Positions 17,083-26,418 are shown, counted from the first letter of the stretch. The stretch is DNA of 33,131 bases from Bacteroidota bacterium (GCA_037139685.1 JBAXFZ010000002.1:1-33131), one strand, 5' to 3'. Numbers and translations are program-made. The notes: generated by a model not told the origin, from the sequence alone.

Positions 17083-17255
17083 ATGTAAAAATTAACATGG
17101 TTATGGAAATGGTTGAATTTCCTGCCTTCCCGGTGGTCAGTCTCATCTGTTATAACCCGCACCACCCCTGGTGGAGGGTAGGCGCAGGGTATGCAGCATA
17201 CATGACACAAACCCGGATGCGAATCCCGGCAGGTGGAGAATTTAAAGAAACAATA

Positions 17256-17780
17256 TCAGGATAATTCAGGCGGGGGGGCAAAAGGGGCGAGGTAAACCGG
17301 GATGATAACCTGCGCGGATACCGGGAAATGGAAAGTAATCCCATCTCCCTGTAAAACCGGTGAATGTTGCGGGATAAGAGCCTGGGTAAAAAGGGTATAC
17401 AGCAGGGTCAGCATCGGGTTGTCCTGGTGTGACGAATTGCCGGTACGCCGCAGGTGCTGTGAATAATCGGCTAAAAGATCGTCCTCACGGGTATCCTGGA
17501 GACAAAAGAAAACGGAGGTGTCGCCTGTCTTACGTTCGGCTACCTGGTCGTACATCCTGCCAAAATAGGAAAACTCGGAATCTTTAATGCGCCGGAACTG
17601 TGGATCCCGCTCAGGGTTCAATATTTTCAGGGTAACGATGTTCTCATGAAAAATGCCGCACCTGATGCGTGCAATCATCTCCTGCTGAATCAGGTATTGA
17701 TTGTACCTGAATACAATATAACAACCGATGGTGTTGACCAGGAAAAGGGTTAAAACGGCGATGACAGCAAGCTTTTTCAA
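17256..17780 (-). CDS. Hypothetical N-terminally membrane-anchored protein (174 aa), TTG start
   Basis: The ORF begins 4 nt after the stop of the upstream gene with TTG-AAA-AAG (M-K-K) followed by a hydrophobic helix. The next in-frame ATG would delete the anchor. The C-terminus ends in APFAPPPELS. No family recognised. Confidence 0.55.
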   Translation of the reverse strand: MKKLAVIAVLTLFLVNTIGCYIVFRYNQYLIQQEMIARIRCGIFHENIVTLKILNPERDPQFRRIKDSEFSYFGRMYDQVAERKTGDTSVFFCLQDTREDDLLADYSQHLRRTGNSSHQDNPMLTLLYTLFTQALIPQHSPVLQGDGITFHFPVSAQVIIPVYLAPFAPPPELS

Positions 17781-17784
17781 GCGT

Positions 17785-20700
17785 TTATTTCCGGATGATC
17801 AGTTTATGCAGAGAGGTTCCGCGAGCAGTTGTTAGTGATAGCAAATATACGCCATCCGGAAGAAAATTCAAATTAATTTTTTCCAGTTCCTGACCAGCTG
17901 CCACAGGGTCTCTCCTTTCGTAAACAACCTCATTTATAATATTTTTAACCGTCAGCTGCATCAATCCGGCCTCCGGGCTGTAAAATGCCAGGTCGAACAG
18001 TCCCTTGCAGGGGTTGGGATAGATCGTGGGTAAGAGGGATTTTTTCTCTTCCATCCCGGTGCAGTCTTTAAATGTCAGGTAGACCGAGTCCCGGTCCTTG
18101 CATTGAAACCGGTTAGTTACCGTAAGCCTGACGAGGTGACGGCCCGGCCCCCCGGCTGTTGCCGTATCATAGGCAGCCTGCGGGGTGTTGAGGTTGCCCG
18201 GTGACCATAGCCAGGATTTGATTGCCGCCGTATCGGCCGATAATATGACCGCCTGGTTATAACATACGGTATCATGTGGAAATACTGAAATACCGGCAAC
18301 CGGGGCAGGGTTAATATGAACCGCAAGGTTCCTGGCGGTGTTCCCGTAAGTGCCATAGGCCGTTACCCTGCAGGTGACATCACCGTTTTGCAGATCGCTT
18401 GTGCCGGGCGAATAGGTGGTTGCAGCGAGGGTGTCATTGCCGAATACCCCATCACCGGTTGTGGTCCATTTCAGTGAATCGTATTGCTGAATGGTTGCCT
18501 GCAGGTCAGCCTTCATCCCCGCACAGATTGTATCGTTGGGTCCCGCTGTCACAGAAGGCAGGACAGGTGCCGGGAAGACTATGAAATCAACCATTACCCT
18601 GTCCTCGCCGAAGTAAAAAGAGAGATCCTTCTGGTAAATCCACCTGAATTGATGGGGACCTGCAGATACAGGGTAGGCGGCGCGTGTCCAGTGGGTTTCA
18701 CCCGACCACTGGTCCTGGAGTACGGCATCGATGTAAAACAACAGCCAGTCACTGCCGGCCTCGGTGGATGTGCGCAGGTAGAACGAGATACTGTCATCCG
18801 TTGCAGCGGTGTAGTTGACAAACATGCGTGACGATGAATAATCGGGGATCGCACCTGAACGGGCGCAGTAGGTGCCTTCCCACGGCACATCGGTCGTGGT
18901 TGTCCAGGGAAGGGTCCCGGCCATCTGCCAGGGGAATTTGGTGAAGCTGTTTGATTCCCAGTCCTCGATGATGATCCCGATCATCTCCCTGAATGACCTC
19001 TGGGATTTGTATAAACCGGTATGAATGGCATACTGCAGGTCAGCCCCGCTGCCCGAAGGGGCATCCTGGCTGACGAGGACGGTGAAGACGGCATTTTTGA
19101 CTTCACCTGGTCCGAGGCTGTCGAGGTAGATGCTGTCGGATAAAATCGTCAGGTAGGGAGAGGTGGTCGACAGCCGGGCATAGGCGGCCCTGCAGCTAAA
19201 ATCACCGGTGTTTGTATTTGAAATCACCAGTTGTACTGTTTCGCCGGGATCCATGCGCCCGTTGTGGTTCCCTGAGAGGGTGTCAATGACCGTGAGACCG
19301 TTGATTTTCATGGCAGGGGCATGCGCTTCAATCGAAAACTGGCTGTACCAGGTTGAATCAGTGCTGCTGACGCGCACCCTGAAATGAACCGGCAGGTTGT
19401 CGGGGATGGTGTCGGAGACCCTGATTGTATAACCGTTTGGAATCACTTTAACCTGGCCGGGGGCGATCGTCCCATAGGCAGCCGTGCTGTCGGTTATGGT
19501 GACATAGGGCGAGTTTGCCGACAGCGTGGCCGTAACGCCGGTTGCCTGCTGGTCGCCTATATTTTTAAGTCCCAGCGAAAGGTAGAGGGAGTCGCCGTAG
19601 TTCAGGGTAACGTTGCCTCCGCCCGAAACAGGGGAGAGGGTGTTTGAATAGTACATGACCCATGGCTGGTTTGGATTTGGGCCCAGGTCGAAGGGGGAGG
19701 TGTAGGTCATGGGAAGCCCGCTGCTATGGTTGTCGGTCCATACCGGGTAAACCTTCATGTTGCGCGACTGGATGCCGATATAATCACCGAAATAGCTGAA
19801 TGCAAGGCCGGCGATGGGTTCAGGGGTGAATGAGTAATCGCTCACCTGGAGGTCGCTCCATGAGAGTCCGCCGTCGTACGACCAGGAAACAAATACCGAT
19901 GCATCGGTTGAGGGGAGGTTACGGTCGTCATAATAGATTACGCACAGCCCGCCGGTTACGGGGTCGCAGGTGATCCAGGGTGAATAGTGCTGTTTGCCGA
20001 GCCCGGGAGGGTCCTGGTTTACACGGATGGGGGCCGACCAGGTTGATCCCTTGTCGGAGGAGCGGATGAGCCATACATCGATATCCGGGCCGGTGTTTAT
20101 CCCGGGAACCCCTGAATTTGACCAGACTACGTATATGTTTCCCCTGTCGGGACCTGTGCTTATATCAACGGCCATCGACGGGAAGGAGTTTACCCGCATG
20201 GCCTTGCCGGTCATGGTGGCACGGATTCCCTTGATATTGCTGATAATCCTTGTGGCAGGGAAGAAGACGTTCCCCCCGTTCATGGATTTGGTAAAGCCAA
20301 TGGCATTTTCATCGGCAGGCCAGGAATCGTAGATACTCCATACGAAATAAACCTCGCCGTTGGGGCCGGAGTTAATGTTGACTCCGTGGTTAAGCTGAAG
20401 GGCAGCCGCGGCGGAGCTGATATTCATTGGCGACGACCAGTTAAGCCCGTTGTTGATCGAACGTACAAACTCAACCTGGTTTGTGTCGGGATGGCCGGGA
20501 ATGAAATTTGTCCAGGCAGCGTAAAGATACCCGTTGTAGGGACTGGTTACACTGTTATCAACCCAGAGGTGATTTTTGTCGAGCAGCCCGTTCCCTGAAG
20601 TTGGCCCGTTGCCAACCTTTACCTTCGTCCAGCTGTTCCCCTGGTCCTGGCTGTATGAAACCGCCTGGCCGTTGTCGCCGGTGATCCTGCCCATGTACCA

Positions 20701-21252
20701 CCAGCCATTCATCCCGATGGCCGTGGATGGGTCGCCGTTGTTGGTCCCGTTCGTGCCCAGGGTAGATCCGCCCCAAACCTGGCCGGCATCATTGCTGTAA
20801 AGGGCGTCGGCACCATAGATATCCTGGGCGGCTCCGAGTTTCCAGCTGGTCGAATTGTTTGAGTTAAGCACCACTGCCTCATCCGTCGGGTCGATGAATA
20901 CCGAGTTTTCAGTCTGGGTGACATCGGTCTCGCCGGTAACGGGGATATCAGGTGAATTCTGAGGGGTAAAGGGGGATGCATTGTAAGGAAAGAGGGTTGC
21001 TGGAAGGGCCGGGTTCCGGTAAGGACGTATCATCGAGCCGGTAAACCTGGCATCAGGAATGTTTATCACCGGGGCCGGCTTTACATATCCAAGCTCTGCC
21101 ATCCTGTTCCAGTAACCGATGTTGTCGATTTTGGTGTTCACCTTTCCCTTGCCGGCCGGTGTTATCTCGGGTAACATTCCCAGGGGCTGTGCGGAAATCA
21201 CCAGGTTGAGCAGCAAACAAAGCAATACGGCGAAAGAGATATATTTTTTCAT
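17785..21252 (-). CDS. Large secreted BNR/Asp-box (sialidase-like beta-propeller) protein with a T9SS C-terminal sorting domain
   Basis: Signal peptide and four Asp-box motifs (SQDQGNSW, SINNGLNW, SSDKGSTW, SYDGGLSW). The central part has Ig/CARDB-like and lectin-like segments. The Por-type C-terminal domain reads ...IYPNPCKGLFDL...GVYLLSL...HKLIIRK. Confidence 0.85.
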   Translation of the reverse strand: MKKYISFAVLLCLLLNLVISAQPLGMLPEITPAGKGKVNTKIDNIGYWNRMAELGYVKPAPVINIPDARFTGSMIRPYRNPALPATLFPYNASPFTPQNSPDIPVTGETDVTQTENSVFIDPTDEAVVLNSNNSTSWKLGAAQDIYGADALYSNDAGQVWGGSTLGTNGTNNGDPSTAIGMNGWWYMGRITGDNGQAVSYSQDQGNSWTKVKVGNGPTSGNGLLDKNHLWVDNSVTSPYNGYLYAAWTNFIPGHPDTNQVEFVRSINNGLNWSSPMNISSAAAALQLNHGVNINSGPNGEVYFVWSIYDSWPADENAIGFTKSMNGGNVFFPATRIISNIKGIRATMTGKAMRVNSFPSMAVDISTGPDRGNIYVVWSNSGVPGINTGPDIDVWLIRSSDKGSTWSAPIRVNQDPPGLGKQHYSPWITCDPVTGGLCVIYYDDRNLPSTDASVFVSWSYDGGLSWSDLQVSDYSFTPEPIAGLAFSYFGDYIGIQSRNMKVYPVWTDNHSSGLPMTYTSPFDLGPNPNQPWVMYYSNTLSPVSGGGNVTLNYGDSLYLSLGLKNIGDQQATGVTATLSANSPYVTITDSTAAYGTIAPGQVKVIPNGYTIRVSDTIPDNLPVHFRVRVSSTDSTWYSQFSIEAHAPAMKINGLTVIDTLSGNHNGRMDPGETVQLVISNTNTGDFSCRAAYARLSTTSPYLTILSDSIYLDSLGPGEVKNAVFTVLVSQDAPSGSGADLQYAIHTGLYKSQRSFREMIGIIIEDWESNSFTKFPWQMAGTLPWTTTTDVPWEGTYCARSGAIPDYSSSRMFVNYTAATDDSISFYLRTSTEAGSDWLLFYIDAVLQDQWSGETHWTRAAYPVSAGPHQFRWIYQKDLSFYFGEDRVMVDFIVFPAPVLPSVTAGPNDTICAGMKADLQATIQQYDSLKWTTTGDGVFGNDTLAATTYSPGTSDLQNGDVTCRVTAYGTYGNTARNLAVHINPAPVAGISVFPHDTVCYNQAVILSADTAAIKSWLWSPGNLNTPQAAYDTATAGGPGRHLVRLTVTNRFQCKDRDSVYLTFKDCTGMEEKKSLLPTIYPNPCKGLFDLAFYSPEAGLMQLTVKNIINEVVYERRDPVAAGQELEKINLNFLPDGVYLLSLTTARGTSLHKLIIRK

Positions 21253-21271
21253 GACGGGATCCTTTTCATCA

Positions 21272-21279
21272 CAAAGTTA
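21272..21279 (-). promoter_or_regulatory. -7 box TAACTTTG (minus strand) for the BNR gene
   Basis: Plus-strand CAAAGTTA lies 19 nt upstream of the ATG at 21252. The extended match TTGTAACTTTGT is shared with the C25 peptidase promoter. Confidence 0.45.
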
Positions 21280-21369
21280 CAATAAAAGCAGATGCGGGAT
21301 AATTTTCGGCAGCAGGGAGGACGGAACGGCTCCCGCCGGGCGGTTAAACCGATTCCCTCACATTATTCG

Positions 21370-21377
21370 TATCTTTG
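21370..21377 (+). promoter_or_regulatory. -7 box TATCTTTG for the CNNM/CorC gene
   Basis: TAnnTTTG match 27 nt upstream of the ATG at 21405. It contains the TTG at 21375 that the ORF track uses as a start. Confidence 0.45.
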
Positions 21378-21404
21378 CCCTTTAACTTTAAATCACCTGA
21401 TCAA

Positions 21405-22688
21405 ATGATATCTGCAATCATCATCCTATTAATTCTTTTTTTAATCAACGGTGCCTTTGTGATGGCTGAAATATCGCTGGTTTCGGCACGTAAAACGCGA
21501 CTTGAGCTTGATGCGCGTCACGGTGACAAACTGGCGCAGCTGGCGCTCGACAATGCCAATAATCCGTCGCGCATCCTGTCGACCATGCAGATCGGCATCA
21601 CCCTGGTTGGAATTTTGACAGGGGTCTATTCCAGCGACGAAATTGCGCACGGCATGGCCGATCTGCTGCTAAGCCTGGGCATCAGTGCCCATTTAAGCCA
21701 CTCGCTTGCCCTCACCCTGGTTGTGATCCTGGTTACCTTCGTGTCGATGCTGATCGGCGAACTTGTGCCAAAACGCATCGGCCTGATCAACTCGGAGGGG
21801 ATTGCAAAAGCCATGATCCGCCCGCTCCTGGCACTCACATACATCACTTACCCGTTCACCTTTTTCCTATCCAGGGCCGGGGACCTGATCCTTCTGCTGA
21901 TGCGCATCAAACCCTCAGCCGAATCGAAGGTTACGGAGGAGGAGATCAAGGCGATGGTGCAGGAGGGCGCCGAGGACGGGGAGGTGCAGGAAATTGAACA
22001 GGATATCGTGGAACGGGTGTTCCACCTGGGCGACAGGAAGGTCTCTTCGCTGATGACCCACCATTCCGACCTGGTCTGGCTTGATATTCATGAGACTACG
22101 GATGTCATGCGGAAAAAGATGCGCGAAGAGCTGCATTCGGTCTATCCCGTATGTGAAGATGACCTTGACAATGTTCTGGGGGTTATTTTTATCAAGGATC
22201 TTTTCCTGGGTAACATCTGCGATGAGAATTTCGACATCAAGGACCAGGTGAAGGAGGCGCAGTTTGTTCTTGAAACCCTCACCGCCTATGAAACCCTCGA
22301 AATATTCAAACTGAATAAAATTCATTACGGGCTGGTAGTCGACGAATACGGTTCCACTGTTGGCCTTGTGACGCTGAATGATATTTTGGAGGCACTGGTT
22401 GGCGATTTCAACGAACCAAACCCCGATGAGCCCCAGATCAACCTGCGCGACGACGGCAGCTGGCTGGCCGACGGGCAGATGTCGTTCTACGAATTCGCCT
22501 ATGAGTTCAACATCCAGGGCTTCGACAAAAACAAGGTTAAATTCGACACCCTTGCCGGCCTGGCAATGAGCATCCTCAAACACATCCCCAAACCGGGTGA
22601 AAAATTCAGCTGGAAAGAGTATGAATTTGAAATTGTCGACCTCGACGGAAACCGCATCGACAAACTGATCATTAAAAAAACGGCTTAA
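21405..22688 (+). CDS. Hemolysin-family / CNNM (DUF21)-CBS-CorC_HlyC domain membrane protein
   Basis: N-terminal 4-TM DUF21 region (INGAFVMAEISLVSARK), a CBS pair and a C-terminal CorC/HlyC transporter-associated domain (...FEIVDLDGNRIDKLIIKK). The start is moved to the ATG at 21405. Confidence 0.9.
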   Translation: MISAIIILLILFLINGAFVMAEISLVSARKTRLELDARHGDKLAQLALDNANNPSRILSTMQIGITLVGILTGVYSSDEIAHGMADLLLSLGISAHLSHSLALTLVVILVTFVSMLIGELVPKRIGLINSEGIAKAMIRPLLALTYITYPFTFFLSRAGDLILLLMRIKPSAESKVTEEEIKAMVQEGAEDGEVQEIEQDIVERVFHLGDRKVSSLMTHHSDLVWLDIHETTDVMRKKMREELHSVYPVCEDDLDNVLGVIFIKDLFLGNICDENFDIKDQVKEAQFVLETLTAYETLEIFKLNKIHYGLVVDEYGSTVGLVTLNDILEALVGDFNEPNPDEPQINLRDDGSWLADGQMSFYEFAYEFNIQGFDKNKVKFDTLAGLAMSILKHIPKPGEKFSWKEYEFEIVDLDGNRIDKLIIKKTA

Positions 22689-22741
22689 ACCGGCTTGTGA
22701 TACCGGTAACGGCCTTGGGTGCCGCCACGGAGATTTATAAA

Positions 22742-22783
22742 GAAAAAAGGAGGTTGTCCCGGATAAGACAACCTCCTTTTTAC
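22742..22783. terminator. Bidirectional intrinsic terminator between convergent genes
   Basis: AAGGAGGTTGTC (22747-22758) pairs with GACAACCTCCTT (22767-22778) across an 8-nt loop. An A-run lies upstream and a T-run downstream. Confidence 0.7.
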
Positions 22784-22832
22784 ATTTTCACCTTGAATTC
22801 ATTGTATGAACAGGGAAATCATCATTGACCTT

Positions 22833-24944
22833 TTATTTTCCAACGATCAGTTTTCTGGTTGCTGAATTGTCTTTTGTCTCTATTCTGCAATAATAGATGC
22901 CCGGGTTATACCCGTTCACACTGAATGACACAGAATGGTTACCCGCCGTTTTGTCGGTAAGGGTTCTGGAGGAAATTTGTTGTCCCATGGCATTGAGCAC
23001 AGAAAGCGTAACCTCCGAGGGGTTTTTTAACACGTACGACAGGGTAACCTTATCGGTGGCCGGGTTTGGTGATACTGTGCAGGAGAATGTTCCGGAAGTT
23101 TCTGCGATGCCGATAATGGGGTTGTCGATCCACACCTTCAGGGCAGGGTCGCCGAGAACGTTGCAGTCGTAGTGGCACCAGCGCTGGGCACCCGGTTCAA
23201 ATTCGCCGGGAAGTCCGATCCAGGGTGCCGTTTTGATCTTTGACATGGTATGTGCCGAGCCGAGTTCAGAGATGGCTGAATCGGGGTTCGGGTTATACAT
23301 GGCGCTGATAAATTCACGGTGCAGGTGGGCCGAGGGACCTTCGGTGGTTCCCTGGTCGAACCAGCCGTACCTCGAGTTGAAGACCCCGCCAACCAGGAAA
23401 TTGGAGATGGTGGTACAGAGTTCGGCAATGCAGTCGGATTCGTCGAAGGCGCCGCAGATGCATCCGTGGGTGTACATGAGCTGGTAATTATGGGTAATCC
23501 CGTCAACCTGGGCAAAATTCTGGTTGGTGATCTGCGAGTTCGAAAGCCGCATCATGTAGTCCCAGTTGGAGTGGCCGCAGTGGTGGATGAATGACTGGCC
23601 CGAATTGATCTGTGCCAGCAACTGCCCGATGCTCCAGCTGTAAACATTTGACGGGGGGGAGATCAGGGTGTCGTAGAGACGGGTTAACATGTTTTCATTC
23701 GACGGGATCCCATGGGTGAAATAGCCATTATCGCTGTGATCGTTCACCAGCAGCTCGAGGTAGTCGGATCCCCAGGTCATGGGAGCATCATATAGGAATT
23801 CGGAGACCAGGAAAGGTTTTTTCATCTCGCCGGGAACGGGGTTGCCCTGGTACGATACCGATTTATGCACCATGTTGGCCTGTTCCTGCGGGGTGCTGAA
23901 CGACATGCGGCCGACTGAAAGTTCGGGCAGCAGGTCATCTTCGCCGGGTTCACCCCATTTGGCATTGCCATTGGTATTCCAGTTGCCGTCGAGGGCCGAA
24001 TAGTAGATATCGGCCGGGATGTTTGAATCCTCATAGCCCGACCCGGAGATCACATAGCAATAAAATCCGCGGTAGGGCACATACTCGGCATCCCCGCCAA
24101 GGATAACCTGTTCAACACCATTGTTCTGGTATTCGGCGGTGATGTAGTTGCGCATCTTCTCCTGGAGGTCCTGGCCGCTCATGGTGGTGCCGATCGCTTC
24201 GGTGGTGGCGATTTGTGAGGATAACCCTTTGCTGTTGTAATAGTTGACAAGGTCCTGGAATCCGCCCTGGAACTGGGCAGGTGTAATGATCAGAATCTGG
24301 TATCCGGTCTTTAAAGTGCTTTTTACCGGGTAATTGTTCATCATTTCGGGGTTCTGCGCGAACAGCCTGACGCGTTTAAGGGCATTGGCCGAGGAGGTCA
24401 GGTTTTTTAAGGCAAGGGCAGCTTCCTGATCGGGCTGCGTGGTGACATGAACGGTGACCCTTTTATAATACGAAACAGCCTTCCCGGCCGGGTTGTAAAT
24501 AACCGGGGTGAAGGTCGAAAGGGCAAATGCGTAACCGTTGAGGTAAGAATTGATGAGGTGGCCCGTCGGAGTGGAGGGGTAGCTGGCCAATGAGCGGTAC
24601 ACCTCCTCCTTTTTAAGGAAATGGCCGTCGGGACCCTTCGATATTGGCTGCATGGCCTGTTGCGGGAAGAGTTCGAACGATCCCGGCACCGGGGTGAGTT
24701 CTTCGCCGGTGATGGTTATCCCGGTCGCCTTTTCTCCCGGGGGAAGCATGAGGGCTACCTGGTGGTAGGGAAGCATGGGCTCCCCGGCAAGCCCGGCCAG
24801 CATGGTATTGTCGAGCACGACACTCTGGTGTGCCCCGTTTTGTAAGATATTTACCTTTGAAAAGGTGAATACTTTGTCGATGTTCCCGGCCATCAGGCTG
24901 ATTGCCAGTGCACATGAGAAGAAAAGGATGAAAATCTTTTTCAT
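22833..24944 (-). CDS. Peptidase C25 (gingipain-like) family protein with a T9SS C-terminal sorting domain
   Basis: Signal peptide and a C25-type layout with candidate catalytic His (FIHHCGHSNW) and Cys (YTHGCICGAFD). The Por-type C-terminal domain reads ...VSPNPATDKVTLSY...GIYYCRIE...RKLIVGK. Confidence 0.82.
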   Translation of the reverse strand: MKKIFILFFSCALAISLMAGNIDKVFTFSKVNILQNGAHQSVVLDNTMLAGLAGEPMLPYHQVALMLPPGEKATGITITGEELTPVPGSFELFPQQAMQPISKGPDGHFLKKEEVYRSLASYPSTPTGHLINSYLNGYAFALSTFTPVIYNPAGKAVSYYKRVTVHVTTQPDQEAALALKNLTSSANALKRVRLFAQNPEMMNNYPVKSTLKTGYQILIITPAQFQGGFQDLVNYYNSKGLSSQIATTEAIGTTMSGQDLQEKMRNYITAEYQNNGVEQVILGGDAEYVPYRGFYCYVISGSGYEDSNIPADIYYSALDGNWNTNGNAKWGEPGEDDLLPELSVGRMSFSTPQEQANMVHKSVSYQGNPVPGEMKKPFLVSEFLYDAPMTWGSDYLELLVNDHSDNGYFTHGIPSNENMLTRLYDTLISPPSNVYSWSIGQLLAQINSGQSFIHHCGHSNWDYMMRLSNSQITNQNFAQVDGITHNYQLMYTHGCICGAFDESDCIAELCTTISNFLVGGVFNSRYGWFDQGTTEGPSAHLHREFISAMYNPNPDSAISELGSAHTMSKIKTAPWIGLPGEFEPGAQRWCHYDCNVLGDPALKVWIDNPIIGIAETSGTFSCTVSPNPATDKVTLSYVLKNPSEVTLSVLNAMGQQISSRTLTDKTAGNHSVSFSVNGYNPGIYYCRIETKDNSATRKLIVGK

Positions 24945-24964
24945 AATTTTAGCTGTCTAAGATA

Positions 24965-24972
24965 CAAAGTTA
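24965..24972 (-). promoter_or_regulatory. -7 box TAACTTTG (minus strand) for the C25 peptidase gene
   Basis: Plus-strand CAAAGTTA lies 20 nt upstream of the ATG at 24944. Confidence 0.45.
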
Positions 24973-24997
24973 CAAATAATAATCCTCCGGTGCCGGT

Positions 24998-25040
24998 CAA
25001 AAAATAAAAAAAGAGGGCACCCTTCCGGGAGACCCTCTTT
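24998..25040 (-). terminator. Intrinsic terminator after the 25060..26364 gene
   Basis: AAGAGGG (25011-25017) pairs with CCCTCTT (25033-25039), with an inner CCC/GGG stem. On the minus-strand transcript it is followed by UUUUUAUUUU. Confidence 0.65.
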
Positions 25041-25059
25041 TTCTTCTGCTGCAAGGTAT

Positions 25060-26364
25060 TTAGTTAATGATTACCTTCTTGACAGTTTTATTTCCCTCCT
25101 GTTCAACAACGACAAAATAGATCCCTTTTGCAACATTGCTCAGATCGATCGTTTTGGTCATGTGGCCGGAGATGGCAATACCGTTTTCCTGGTAAACCGG
25201 GATATTGATTGAGTTGATCACCGAAACATTCACGTTCACTGTTTTTCCGCTGTAAACATCGAGTGTCAGGATGCCCTGGCAGGGATTCGGGGAGACTTTG
25301 GTAGCGATGATTGTCTGGTTTTTCTGAATGCCAACCGGGAAATTGGCAGTGATGTAACCTGGCCTCACGAGGGTGTCTATCTGGCCGCCCCTGTTCACGA
25401 TCAGCGTTACATCATAGGTTCCCTGGTCGGCATAGGAGACAACGGGGTCTTTATCGAAGGAGGAGACCGGAGTGCCACCCGGGAAAATCCACTCATAGCT
25501 TTCAGGAACTCCGATATAGCCGCCGGTAGTGGCATTGGTAAAGGTAACCGGGGTGTTGGTGGTAACGTTGTTTGAGACTACGGTAAAATCGGGAGAGAGA
25601 TCGATTGTTCCGCGTTTAACGGCATTGAGGGTTTCATATTTTTTCATGGGGTAGGTGGCGGTAGTGCCCTGCTGCAGGCCCTGTCCGGCATCCATGTCCT
25701 GCAGGAAAGTGATGAATTCGCAATCGGCCAGGGGCCATGTGGCATCCATGGCAAAATTGAGCGTGACAACCTGAACATTACCACCGGCGAAACTGACGGC
25801 AGTACCATTCTGGGATGGAACCATCAAACGGTTCACATGTTCCAGGTGGGTCTGTCCCTGCCAGTTGGCCTGGATGTGGGACTGTGTAACCGCGAACTGC
25901 AGCACAAGGCTGGTGGCAGTGATGGTTCCGACCTTGGTCAGGGTTACCACGGCAGTGTAATTGAGACCTGTGTTTGTAACGGCAATATCCATCGCAACAG
26001 TAGAAGGGTTGGCGATGCGGGTGTTGTAAATCGGCAGGTATGTGCCGTACATGGATGAGGAATGGTTTCCTCCCACATAACCCTGCATACCGTCAAAACC
26101 GGCAGCCGGGTAAGCGTTGATGCCATACAGGGTATTCCTGGCGTTTGAATAGTTGTTGGCATATCCGTCACCATTGTGGTTTTCAATCACAGCAACAAAT
26201 TTGCCGTTTGACAGCAGGTCGTCAGCGCCCATGGCAGCGCCCGGACAATACTGGCACCATGTACCGGTACCCACTTCCATCACAACCATGGAACGTGATA
26301 CAGTTTGTGCAACAACCACGATGGTTGCAGCAAGGAATAAAAAAGAAAGTACAATTTTTTTCAT
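25060..26364 (-). CDS. Secreted Omp28-related (WCxYCP motif) plus PKD-domain protein with a T9SS C-terminal sorting domain
   Basis: Signal peptide, an N-terminal VMEVGTGTWCQYCPGA motif typical of Omp28-related proteins, and a PKD-like segment (FTNATTGG...YEWIFPGGTP...GTYDVTLIV). The Por-type C-terminal domain reads ...VSPNPCQGILTLDV...GIYFVVV...KKVIIN. Confidence 0.78.
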   Translation of the reverse strand: MKKIVLSFLFLAATIVVVAQTVSRSMVVMEVGTGTWCQYCPGAAMGADDLLSNGKFVAVIENHNGDGYANNYSNARNTLYGINAYPAAGFDGMQGYVGGNHSSSMYGTYLPIYNTRIANPSTVAMDIAVTNTGLNYTAVVTLTKVGTITATSLVLQFAVTQSHIQANWQGQTHLEHVNRLMVPSQNGTAVSFAGGNVQVVTLNFAMDATWPLADCEFITFLQDMDAGQGLQQGTTATYPMKKYETLNAVKRGTIDLSPDFTVVSNNVTTNTPVTFTNATTGGYIGVPESYEWIFPGGTPVSSFDKDPVVSYADQGTYDVTLIVNRGGQIDTLVRPGYITANFPVGIQKNQTIIATKVSPNPCQGILTLDVYSGKTVNVNVSVINSINIPVYQENGIAISGHMTKTIDLSNVAKGIYFVVVEQEGNKTVKKVIIN

Positions 26365-26410
26365 AGTGTTGGATTTGTTGAGGTTACGACTGATTAAATA
26401 TTCTTTTTCG

Positions 26411-26418
26411 CAAAGTTA
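26411..26418 (-). promoter_or_regulatory. Candidate -7 box TAACTTTG (minus strand) for the 25060..26364 gene
   Basis: Plus-strand CAAAGTTA lies 46 nt upstream of the ATG at 26364. Confidence 0.4.

Noticed and set aside
17083-17255. Cobalamin or TPP riboswitch upstream of the TonB-dependent receptor
   Set aside because: I looked for the B12 box (AGYCAGGAGACCTGCC-like), GCCACTG, and the TPP CCTGATCTGGATAATGCCAGCG half, and found none on the correct strand. Only a partial GGGGTG...TGAGA resemblance exists, so it is reported as an unassigned structured leader only.
21375-21404. TTG start at 21375 for the CNNM/CorC gene, plus the upstream alternative starts for metG (3925), yraN (6063) and ROK (27684)
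   Set aside because: The TTG at 21375 lies inside the TATCTTTG -7 box. In each case a downstream ATG gives the N-terminus typical of the family.
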